64,000 bases of DNA from an uncultured Alphaproteobacteria bacterium (GTDB lineage: Bacteria > Pseudomonadota > Alphaproteobacteria > Methylaequorales > Methylaequoraceae). This document shows positions 40,514-49,463 of the stretch, in pieces (the first letter of the stretch is position 1; each line of letters starts with the position of its first letter). The notes beneath the pieces were generated by a model. The model ran no database searches. It worked only from the letters and a program-made list of their open reading frames with translations, and was not told the origin of the DNA. The position numbers were made by a program, and so were the translations under genes. Where the stretch lies: contig CACBBU010000002.1 of assembly GCA_902537615.1 (NCBI GenBank), positions 75,334 to 139,333 on the forward strand, written 5' to 3'.

Positions 40514-43213
40514 ATGTACAACACCAAAGTTTTTAACAATTTATCTGAATCAATTTTTGCTGGTAACTCAACAGCAGTTAACAATCTTCCTTCTTGGCTA
40601 TTAAAGTCTGATTTTTCTAGAAACAATACTGACTTAATAGCCACATCTCCAGATGGTGATCAACTTATACTCGTTGACTATTTTACTAATTTTGAATTAC
40701 CAAACTTATATACTATTAATGGACTTCATCTTAAAGGTAATGCTGTAAATTATTTAGCAGGACCGTTAGCAAAGGGGCAATACACTCAAGCTGCTGATGT
40801 TAATATCCTTTCTATTGGTGAGGTATCAACAGTTTCCGGAACTGTAAAATCAACAAGATTAGACGGTACAACAACAAATTTAAATGTAGGAGACCCTGTT
40901 TTTCAAGGAGACACAATTGAGACTGAAGGTTCAGGAGCTGTAGGATTAGTTTTTTTAGATAAAACAACATTTTCTCTCTCTGATGGAGGAAAGATGATTC
41001 TGGATGAGTTGGTTTATGATGCAGCAACGGCAACTGGAAGTATGGTAGTTAATATGGTTGAAGGAGCATTTAGTTTTATAAGTGGTGAAATAGCTAAAAC
41101 TGGACCTGATGCTATGACGCTTGAAACTCCAGTTGTTACAATGGGTATTAGAGGAACAACTGTTGCTGGTAAAGCAGCAGTGGAAGGAAATGAAAATAGT
41201 TTTACCTTACTTCAAGATGCAGATGGTGGAGTTGGACAAATTTCTGTAAGTAATGATGGAGGAACACAAGTTTTAGCTCAGGTGGGAGCTACAACAACTG
41301 TTTCAAGTTTTACTGCAGCACCCCCAGCACCAATAATTTTGTCCGCAGCACAGATTCAAGCTAATTATGGTACTGCACTTAATGTATTACCACCAACTCC
41401 GGCGGTAGCACCACAACCACAAGCTGCTCCTCCCCCTCAAGAAGAAACTCAAGAGGAACAGACTCAAGAAGAGGAGGCTGCAGAAGAAGAAGGTGAAGAA
41501 GAGGGTGGTGAGGAACAAGTGGCAGAGGAAGGTTCTGAAGAAGGAGAAGGTGAGGGTGAAGAAGGTCTACCTGAAGGAGAGGGAGAAGGAGAAGAGGAAG
41601 GAGAAGAGGAAGGAGAAGAGGGTCCACCTGAAGGAGAAGAAGGAGAAATTTCTGATTCTGGTGGGGACTCATTAGCAAGTGATGAAGCAGCAAGTGGACC
41701 TCCAGAGGGTGAAACAGGGTCTGTTACTGAAGAGTCAGGAACATCAGAGGAGCAAGTTGCAGCAGCAGAAGCTTTTGATACAGCACTTGCAGCAGGTGCT
41801 AGTCCAGAGCAAGCTATGGCTGAAGCAGCTGAAGTTGCCGGACTAGAAGGACCAGAGCAGGCTACTTCAATTCAATCAAATAATCCTAATTCTTTATCAA
41901 ACCCAATGTCGGGAAATGCTAACCCAATGATAGCTCCGGTGAACGCTATAATGGCAAGTGGAGCTCCTGCCTATGCGGGAATGATGGGAGTATCAATGGG
42001 TCCAACAGATATGATGAGTGGCCCGGCTGGACCAGCAGCTATGGCAGGACCCTTAATAACAGGTGCAACAGATTTACTTGGAGCGCCTATAGGACCTGCT
42101 TTTGGCGATATATACTCGCAATCTGAAGTTGAAGTAATTCAGGAGTCTTTTTTCTTTGATGATCCAAGTTTGTATAATGTTGATATGGAAGAAGAGGAAC
42201 CAGAAACCACTGAAATTAACTCTTTTTATATTAACGGAACAAGTGACTTTGGAAGAACAATTTCTGATTTTTCTTTGTCTCAAACACTTACAATTAATTT
42301 TACTTTTGATGAACCAGTCTCAACTCACTCTGTAACAAGGTCAAACTTTTATGAATATACTAGCACTGTTGCTACAACATCTTTATCATGGGACTCAAAA
42401 CCATCAACAACAGCACAAATAGTTAATGAAACAGAACCAAATGGTACTTTTGGTTCTGCTCAAGTTATTGCAAGATCAAGATTTAAAATAGCCACAAATT
42501 CCGATGTTGGTGACGATAGTATTCCATGGGTGAAAATACAGGGTGGATACATCAATAACGGCATTGATATTTTTAAGGTGGACCTACAAGCTGGCGAGAC
42601 GTTAACTGTTGATATAGACTATGGTGATTCTTATAGTATAGATTTTAATTCTTATGTAACAATGTGGAATCAAGCCCTATCTTCTATTGTTGCTGAAAAT
42701 GATGATTCTGCTATTTCATTAGGAGGTGCAGGTAGTTCTGGAACAGAGGATTCATATTTTACTTACACTACCAGTACAACAGAGTCATTTTATCTTTTAG
42801 TTGAAGATGCGCCTTATAATAGAAATTCAAGTACAAGAGGTGATTTTGTATTAAATCTTAGTATTTCACCAACAAGTAGTTCTACGGGATTAGGGACAAG
42901 TTCAACCTCGGCTGTGGGAGGTGATAATAAATTACCCTATTTATTTAATTTTACAGAAAACACGAATAATTATAATACAAAGTCATTTAGATCAGATGTC
43001 GTCTCTTCAATAAAATATACTGATTCTACAAGTGGGACGGGCAGTGAAGTTTTTTTGGTTGTAGGTGACGGTACTAATAGTGCTATATGGTTGTGGGATG
43101 ATTTATCTGAAGGATATGGAATATCTACTAACGAACTTACACTTGTAGCAACACTACCAAACTTTGACAATGATACACTTACCGGCTCTGAAATAACATT
43201 TGGTACAATTTAA
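40514..43213 (+). CDS. Second FecR-domain putative T1SS substrate with PPC-like insertion (899 aa)
   Basis: FecR region nearly identical to the 36906 gene; ETEPNGTF..AQ and DIFKVDLQAGETLTVDID (PPC-like); shared C-terminal ELxxxATLxxxDNDT; no RTX nonapeptides. Confidence 0.85.
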   Translation: MYNTKVFNNLSESIFAGNSTAVNNLPSWLLKSDFSRNNTDLIATSPDGDQLILVDYFTNFELPNLYTINGLHLKGNAVNYLAGPLAKGQYTQAADVNILSIGEVSTVSGTVKSTRLDGTTTNLNVGDPVFQGDTIETEGSGAVGLVFLDKTTFSLSDGGKMILDELVYDAATATGSMVVNMVEGAFSFISGEIAKTGPDAMTLETPVVTMGIRGTTVAGKAAVEGNENSFTLLQDADGGVGQISVSNDGGTQVLAQVGATTTVSSFTAAPPAPIILSAAQIQANYGTALNVLPPTPAVAPQPQAAPPPQEETQEEQTQEEEAAEEEGEEEGGEEQVAEEGSEEGEGEGEEGLPEGEGEGEEEGEEEGEEGPPEGEEGEISDSGGDSLASDEAASGPPEGETGSVTEESGTSEEQVAAAEAFDTALAAGASPEQAMAEAAEVAGLEGPEQATSIQSNNPNSLSNPMSGNANPMIAPVNAIMASGAPAYAGMMGVSMGPTDMMSGPAGPAAMAGPLITGATDLLGAPIGPAFGDIYSQSEVEVIQESFFFDDPSLYNVDMEEEEPETTEINSFYINGTSDFGRTISDFSLSQTLTINFTFDEPVSTHSVTRSNFYEYTSTVATTSLSWDSKPSTTAQIVNETEPNGTFGSAQVIARSRFKIATNSDVGDDSIPWVKIQGGYINNGIDIFKVDLQAGETLTVDIDYGDSYSIDFNSYVTMWNQALSSIVAENDDSAISLGGAGSSGTEDSYFTYTTSTTESFYLLVEDAPYNRNSSTRGDFVLNLSISPTSSSTGLGTSSTSAVGGDNKLPYLFNFTENTNNYNTKSFRSDVVSSIKYTDSTSGTGSEVFLVVGDGTNSAIWLWDDLSEGYGISTNELTLVATLPNFDNDTLTGSEITFGTI

Positions 43214-43274
43214 TACATTTAGTTGTTTTTATTTATAATAGAATGATTATTAATATTTATGTAAACTAATTTTC

Positions 43275-44861
43275 ATGTCTTACTGGCTTCAAGTACTTAA
43301 AAATAGTGGATCACTAGGAACAATTATTATTTTATCAGTCTTGATAACTATAATGGGTTTATTAAGCCCTATTTTTATAATTCATATTTTTAATAGATAT
43401 ATATCTTTTGGCCTTGAAGGTACTTTAATTTTTCTAATGTTAGGTGCATTATCAGTAGCTATATTTGAATTTTTTTTTCGTAATTTACGAAACAAAGTCT
43501 TTTCAAAGATAATAATAAATCCGATACAAGTTACAAAGCTTGATTTTATAAAGAATTATTTTACTAGAATTGGTAAGAATAGAAAAAAATTATCTGAATC
43601 TATTGATATCAATAATCAATTTTATCAATATTTATCACCCATAAATCAATCAAATATGTTTGATTCATTATTTGTTATAGTAATAATATTATTTCTTTTT
43701 TTTCTAAGTAAGATTTTAACAGGAATTTTTCTAACAATAATTACTCTATACTTGTTAATACAAAAAAAAATTGATGATAACAAAAAAAGTTTTATTAACA
43801 AAAATAAATTCAGTTCTTATGATAATCAAATAATAAAAGAATTAAGTTTAAATAGTGAATTTCTTGATACACAGGATTCGTTAAAATATGTTGGTTATAA
43901 TTTAAAGCAATATTTAGAAAAAAAATTATTCAATGACTCAAGTTTATCAACTTTTGATAATTATCAATTTTCGTCTAATCATCTTCTTATCCTTTTTTCG
44001 TCAATTGTTATAATTGGTTTTGGGGCAGTACTAGTTGTTAACGGGCAACTTTCTGTTGGAAGCTTAATTGGTTTTAATATTTTTTCTTCAAGAGCGTTAG
44101 TCTTAGCCTCTGGTGCTCAGAGATCGTATTTAAATTTGACTGGTTTAAATACTCTTATAGTATCCTCTTATGAAAAGTTAAAAGGTTCAAAAGAGAGATA
44201 TCAGGGAATGCAATTAAATACTATTACTGGTAATATAAAATTAAATAAAATTGACTTTTCTTATGATAAAAGTGACTTTTTATTTAGAAATTTGAATATT
44301 TCAATTAACCCAGGGCAATTGTTTTGTATCTCTGGTTCAAATGGTAGTGGAAAAACTACTCTTTCAAAAATACTGATGGGAATTTTAGAACCAAGTGCTG
44401 GTGAAGTTCTTGTTGATGGGACTAATTTAAATAAATTATCACTAAAGTGGTGGAAGAAACAAGTAGCCTATATTCCTCAAAACCCAAATATTTTGAATTC
44501 TTCAATTATGGATAATATCCTGCTAGGCAATGATAAATTAAATGAACAAGAAGTGAGTAGATTACTCCAAACTGTGGGTTTGGATCAAAAATTAAAAAAA
44601 ACATCCCTAACTATTCTTGAACCGATTGAGGATAATCTTTCAAAAGGTGTAAAAAAAAAAATTCATTATGCTAGAGCTTTAGCTCAAAATTCTAAAGTTT
44701 TTATAATAGATGATCCATTTGGTTATTTAGATAACCAAGGGATCCAAATAGTACAAAAAATAATTGAATCTTTTAAAAGAGCAAATAAAACAGTAATTTT
44801 ATTCTCAGACAACGATATTTTTTCTAATGTTATAGATGAGAACATTAGGATAGGAGATTAA
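43275..44861 (+). CDS. T1SS ABC transporter (TMD-NBD, no C39 domain; degenerate NBD)
   Basis: HIFNRYIS TMD, LIGFNIFSSR, GSNGSGKTT, YIPQ, LSKGV, IIDDP. Confidence 0.85.
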   Translation: MSYWLQVLKNSGSLGTIIILSVLITIMGLLSPIFIIHIFNRYISFGLEGTLIFLMLGALSVAIFEFFFRNLRNKVFSKIIINPIQVTKLDFIKNYFTRIGKNRKKLSESIDINNQFYQYLSPINQSNMFDSLFVIVIILFLFFLSKILTGIFLTIITLYLLIQKKIDDNKKSFINKNKFSSYDNQIIKELSLNSEFLDTQDSLKYVGYNLKQYLEKKLFNDSSLSTFDNYQFSSNHLLILFSSIVIIGFGAVLVVNGQLSVGSLIGFNIFSSRALVLASGAQRSYLNLTGLNTLIVSSYEKLKGSKERYQGMQLNTITGNIKLNKIDFSYDKSDFLFRNLNISINPGQLFCISGSNGSGKTTLSKILMGILEPSAGEVLVDGTNLNKLSLKWWKKQVAYIPQNPNILNSSIMDNILLGNDKLNEQEVSRLLQTVGLDQKLKKTSLTILEPIEDNLSKGVKKKIHYARALAQNSKVFIIDDPFGYLDNQGIQIVQKIIESFKRANKTVILFSDNDIFSNVIDENIRIGD

Positions 44862-44864
44862 ATT

Positions 44865-46142
44865 ATGACAAAGAAATGGGTTAATTGGAATGAAAATGAA
44901 TTGATTAATGAATCAAATGCTGAATTTGTGTATTCAACCAAATTTAAACTTTTAATTTTTTCGTTTTTGATAACTTTTTTCTTACTTATTAATTTAAGAA
45001 TTATAGAAGTTTTAAGTTTGGCGGATGGTAAAGTAATTCCACAAGGAAGAATAAAGTATGTTCAGCATTTAGAAGGGGGAATTGTTGAGGAAATCTTGGT
45101 AAATGAAGGTGAAAAGGTTGAAATTAATCAACCTTTGGTAATTTTATCTAAAGAAAGAGCAACATCAGATTTTGAGGAAATCAATACAAGGTTGAGATCA
45201 ATTGATTTGTCAATTTTGAGAATTAATGCTGAAAAAAAAGGAAAAAGATTACTCATTTTAACTGATAATAAAAATAAATATGATCCAGAACAATTAAATT
45301 TTGAACAAGAGCTTTTAAAAAGTCGCTTAGATTCAATAGATTCTGAAAGAAAATCAAAAAAATCATCTATAGAAAAAGCCAACAATAATCTAAAAAACTT
45401 AAAAAAAAGGCTTAATATTGTTAAAGAGCAGGAATCCATAAGTCAAAAACTTTTAGAGGCCGAGGCAACTAATAGATTGAGGCACCTTGAGCTTTTACGT
45501 GAATTATCTGATGTTGAAGCTAAAATTGACGAACAAAAATCTATTATTACTATTTCTAAAACAGATTTAGACAAAGTTAATAATAATTACAATGAACAAT
45601 TAAATAAGGAATTATCTGACCTAAAAAAAGAAAGAATTGAGTTAAATAAAAGGATTGGAAAGTTTTCAGATAGTTTGAAAAGAACTGTTCTCAAAAGTCC
45701 AGTTTCAGGAACAGTAAAATTAATTTCAGTTAATTCAAAAGGTGCTATTGTTACTCCAGGAGTAACTGTTGCCGAAATTGTTCCAGAGGATGAAAAATTA
45801 ATTATTGAAGCTAACTTGCCATTATCAGAAATTGGATATATTTCAGTAGGTCTAAATACAAAAATTAGATTAAATACGCCAGAGGGTTCACGTTTTAAAC
45901 CTATTAGTGGAAAAGTAGTTTTTGTAAGTGCTGACAGGACATCAACTAAAAATGAGGAAGAGGATTATTATCTTGTTAAAATTGAAACAAATGAAACATC
46001 TTTTACGAAGCAAAATGAGAGTTTTAGATTATATTCTGGGGTACCGGTAGTCGTCGGAGTAATTACAGGAAAGAGAAGCTTTGTTGACTATTTTTTAACA
46101 CCTTTTAAATCAGGTTTGTCCTTTGCTTTTTCGGAAAGATAA
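44865..46142 (+). CDS. HlyD-family T1SS membrane fusion protein
   Basis: GKVIPQGRIKYVQHLEGGIVEEILVNEGEKV, SPVSGTV, GKRSFVDYFLTP. Confidence 0.93.
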   Translation: MTKKWVNWNENELINESNAEFVYSTKFKLLIFSFLITFFLLINLRIIEVLSLADGKVIPQGRIKYVQHLEGGIVEEILVNEGEKVEINQPLVILSKERATSDFEEINTRLRSIDLSILRINAEKKGKRLLILTDNKNKYDPEQLNFEQELLKSRLDSIDSERKSKKSSIEKANNNLKNLKKRLNIVKEQESISQKLLEAEATNRLRHLELLRELSDVEAKIDEQKSIITISKTDLDKVNNNYNEQLNKELSDLKKERIELNKRIGKFSDSLKRTVLKSPVSGTVKLISVNSKGAIVTPGVTVAEIVPEDEKLIIEANLPLSEIGYISVGLNTKIRLNTPEGSRFKPISGKVVFVSADRTSTKNEEEDYYLVKIETNETSFTKQNESFRLYSGVPVVVGVITGKRSFVDYFLTPFKSGLSFAFSER

Positions 46143-46144
46143 AT

Positions 46145-46441
46145 TTACATTTTTATCTTAGCTATTGGATCATATTTGTATATTACCCCATTGTTTTCAC
46201 TTGATAATTTGAGGAATTTATACAGTTCATCAAAAATAGCATTACTTTTTCTTCCTTTTACTATAATAGTTAGTATTTCTGCTTCACTAGCACTTCCAAA
46301 CTGTTGGATATCAAAAAGATCAGAAGATCGTCCATTAGCATAACCTATGGAAATTACATCAATATTTTTTGAAAATCTCTCAACTACTGAGTGACCAAGT
46401 CCTTTTTTTATTAAACCGCCAATTTCAATAAAGTTAGTCAT
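46145..46441 (-). CDS. Degenerate P-II-like protein
   Basis: EILTIIV..SNAIFDELY..GVIY aligns with EIIRIIV..SNRVFESMY..GIMW of the neighbouring P-II-like protein. Confidence 0.6.
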   Translation of the reverse strand: MTNFIEIGGLIKKGLGHSVVERFSKNIDVISIGYANGRSSDLFDIQQFGSASEAEILTIIVKGRKSNAIFDELYKFLKLSSENNGVIYKYDPIAKIKM

Positions 46442-46803
46442 TATTTGGATGCCCCAGCTCTTTTTAGGACATCTTTAGGAATATGGGTTGCTACTCTATC
46501 CAACTTTACCATCCACATAATACCTTTGCCTGGCGTATCAAGATCTCCAGCTAAATACATTGATTCAAAAACTCTATTAGACTGTTCTTTTGAAACAATA
46601 ATCCTTATTATTTCTTTTTGCTCATCAATGGTTACGCCTAACAACCCCATTCTGTCTCTCACGCCTGTTCCTCGAGCATAATTTATTGTAGCACCTTGTG
46701 CTCCAACACTAGTCGCAGCATCAATTATTTTATCTGCAATTCCACTTTCAACCACACACGTGATTAAGAAGACGTCGGTAAGATATGTAATTTCTCTAGC
46801 CAT
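46441..46803 (-). CDS. P-II-like (GlnB-fold) signal transduction protein
   Basis: LITCVV, GAQGATINYARGTG, KEIIRIIV, PGKGIMW; short T-loop without the Tyr51 equivalent. Confidence 0.85.
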   Translation of the reverse strand: MAREITYLTDVFLITCVVESGIADKIIDAATSVGAQGATINYARGTGVRDRMGLLGVTIDEQKEIIRIIVSKEQSNRVFESMYLAGDLDTPGKGIMWMVKLDRVATHIPKDVLKRAGASK

Positions 46804-46805
46804 AA

Positions 46806-48518
46806 TTAATTATCCTTTTGTTTTTTTTGTTGAAATTGAATAAAAAGGCCCATTAATAATACTGCTAATATTGGGCAGATACTAGCCATTGATAGTATAC
46901 CAAATCCCTCTGTAGCTGAAACGGCATTTCCAAGTCCGAGACCCATTGCAAGAACTAACGGAACGGTAACAGGGCCAGTTGTAACCCCAGCACTATCCCA
47001 AGCAACGTTAACAAATTCTTCGGTAGAAAAATAAGTTAATACAACTGCTAACAGATATAAAGGAATTAAAACAGTTGCTAAATCAAAACCGAAGACAATT
47101 TTACCAACCCCCAATGCTATTCCAAAAGCAACTCCTCCAGCAACACTGTACATAAGCATTGACTTTTTAAAAGCACCATTCGTCAAGTCTTGTACTGTAA
47201 GACCCAATGCATTAAGAGCTGGCTCTGCCAATGTCGCACCGAAACCCAGTAACCAAGCAAAGAGGATAACTATAGATAAACCCAAAATTTCACTATATAT
47301 AGGAGATACTTCGCTTATAGATACTTCCATAAATGCAGCAGGAAGAGTAGATCCTGCTTGACCGCCAATGGCACCAAGCCCATAAGTTAACCCTACATTA
47401 AAAACACACATTCCGATGATTGATAAAGCAAGACCATATGTTGTTACTAGGTTATTTGGAAGTCTAGATTTAAGGATAATAAAAAGAACTATCATTAAAT
47501 ATATTACTAAAGGTAGTATTGCTTGAACGCCTCCTCTTATCTCAGCATAAGGAGTTTGCGTCCATATAGAAGTATCAGCGTTACCAACAGAATTACTTGC
47601 GATTGAAGCCATTGCTATAATTTCATCAACACTTGTAGTTTGTGAAATATAGATAGCTAAAATTAAGACAGCAATAATGGGAAATAGAGAGGCCATTGTT
47701 ACCACTCCAAAACCAGAAAGTGAAGAGTCACCTTTTCCAGCAGACGCAGCTATACCAATACCTAGGGATAAAACAAGTGGAACAGTAACTGGCCCAGTTG
47801 TAACCGCTCCGCAATCCCATGCTAAACCAAGAATTGTTCTAAGATCAGGATTTGTCCATGCATAGATAGTCAAAGCAATTGTTGGAGCTAAAGCTAAATA
47901 AATTAAAGGCTTTAGTGACCATCCCCTAACAAATCTAATTGTACCAATAACAGCTGCTATGCCAACACCTGCTCCTACCATAACTACAAGAGTTTCGCTT
48001 CTGTTATTTAAAATTTCATACAAATATGGAGCCTCTTGAGGGTTTACGGATGCACCAAAAGCTTTTAGTGCACCAATCGCTGGCTCAGCATATGTAACAC
48101 CTACACCAAGAATGGCAATGATTATTAAAACAACGAATAAAGAGGCTTTTTTTGGTAGTGTATCTCCTATTATCGTTCCAAAGGGCATGAGACCAGTTTT
48201 TAATCCTTCCATAAAAATAGCTAAACCGATAATAACAGCTACTAAACCAAGAGATATTGTTGAAGCCTCAGCTATAGGTTGCCTTAGAATCAGTAATTGA
48301 AATAAAAATAAATAAGCAGCTAACGGGACTACTGCTTTTACTTGTTCAAGAATTCTAACATAAGTATAAGGAGCTAAAAGGGATATGGCTTTTGCTGCTC
48401 CAACTTTAATTTTTTCGGGCTTTAAAATTTGACCTTTAATAGGTTTAGGAGTTAGGTTATTATAACTAATGTTCCTATGCTTAACTTCGGATTCATGCAA
48501 AAAATCAGAATATTTCAT
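46806..48518 (-). CDS. Fused double DUF1538 membrane protein (putative transporter)
   Basis: Two internal repeats: AEPAI/AEPAL and WDCGAVTTGPVTVP/WDSAGVTTGPVTVP. Confidence 0.85.
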   Translation of the reverse strand: MKYSDFLHESEVKHRNISYNNLTPKPIKGQILKPEKIKVGAAKAISLLAPYTYVRILEQVKAVVPLAAYLFLFQLLILRQPIAEASTISLGLVAVIIGLAIFMEGLKTGLMPFGTIIGDTLPKKASLFVVLIIIAILGVGVTYAEPAIGALKAFGASVNPQEAPYLYEILNNRSETLVVMVGAGVGIAAVIGTIRFVRGWSLKPLIYLALAPTIALTIYAWTNPDLRTILGLAWDCGAVTTGPVTVPLVLSLGIGIAASAGKGDSSLSGFGVVTMASLFPIIAVLILAIYISQTTSVDEIIAMASIASNSVGNADTSIWTQTPYAEIRGGVQAILPLVIYLMIVLFIILKSRLPNNLVTTYGLALSIIGMCVFNVGLTYGLGAIGGQAGSTLPAAFMEVSISEVSPIYSEILGLSIVILFAWLLGFGATLAEPALNALGLTVQDLTNGAFKKSMLMYSVAGGVAFGIALGVGKIVFGFDLATVLIPLYLLAVVLTYFSTEEFVNVAWDSAGVTTGPVTVPLVLAMGLGLGNAVSATEGFGILSMASICPILAVLLMGLFIQFQQKKQKDN

Positions 48519-48555
48519 AACTTAAAGTAACATATTAAATCAGTAATAAAAACAA

Positions 48556-49023
48556 TTATTCTACATGAGATGTTGATTTATCAAGTCTATAAAATATTTG
48601 CCTTGCTAATTTTGATATTAAATCATTTTCATTTCCAATTTTGGAGTTTAATTCTTCAAGAGAAAATGGTACTTTTTGAAATTCTGCCCTTTTTGATAAT
48701 TCTTCGCAAAGTTTTAGGATCATATTTTTTACAATATCTGATGCTGAATTAAGTATTAACTCTAAACCTTCTTTGTTTATTTCAATTAATTCAGTGGGTT
48801 TCACAGATTTAACAGTTGCACTTCTTTTTTGATTTAGTAAGAGCGCTAACTCTCCAAAGACCTCGCCATCACTCATATAACCAGCCTCGTTTTTATCAAC
48901 CTCTACAGAAAGTCTTCCAGAGACAATCATATAAGCTTTATTTCCTTCATCTCCCTGACTGAATAAAACCTCATCTTCAAGCATTAAAATCTTATTGGTT
49001 TGGCCATGGGTTATTTTTTTCAA
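48556..49023 (-). CDS. Stand-alone cyclic-nucleotide-binding domain protein (no HTH)
   Basis: LFSQGDEG, GEVFGELALLLNQKRSATV. Confidence 0.88.
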   Translation of the reverse strand: MKKITHGQTNKILMLEDEVLFSQGDEGNKAYMIVSGRLSVEVDKNEAGYMSDGEVFGELALLLNQKRSATVKSVKPTELIEINKEGLELILNSASDIVKNMILKLCEELSKRAEFQKVPFSLEELNSKIGNENDLISKLARQIFYRLDKSTSHVE

Positions 49024-49460
49024 TGAAAGATCCTTTGTGAAAGACGATAATGGAGTTGCAAAGCTAATGCACGTATTACATCAGGTGATTTTTTTACAAG
49101 TTCTTTAAGGTCTTTTTGAGTTATAGGTAGCTTGTGGTCAGTGTCCTTACCTAGTTCTTTTGACATTTGTTGAATAATTTTGTGTAATTCAATGTTACTT
49201 GATAAAAGAATTGCTTCAAGCGCATTTTTCTTTATTTCTATAATTTCTGTCGGGACAATCGCTTTTATACTAGCTTTTCTCTCCTCACCCAAAATAAGTG
49301 ATAACTCACCAAAAATTTCACCTGATTCCATTTTACCAACTTTTTTTCCATCAATTTCAACATTCAAAGCACCCGATATTATTAAGAAAGCAGTGCTTCC
49401 TTTGTCACCTTGTTTAAAAACATATTCGTCAGGTAATATTCTTTTCTTATTTAATGCCAT
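49020..49460 (-). CDS. Stand-alone cyclic-nucleotide-binding domain protein (no HTH)
   Basis: VFKQGDKG, GEIFGELSLILGEERKASI. Confidence 0.88.
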   Translation of the reverse strand: MALNKKRILPDEYVFKQGDKGSTAFLIISGALNVEIDGKKVGKMESGEIFGELSLILGEERKASIKAIVPTEIIEIKKNALEAILLSSNIELHKIIQQMSKELGKDTDHKLPITQKDLKELVKKSPDVIRALALQLHYRLSQRIFH

Positions 49461-49463
49461 AGT

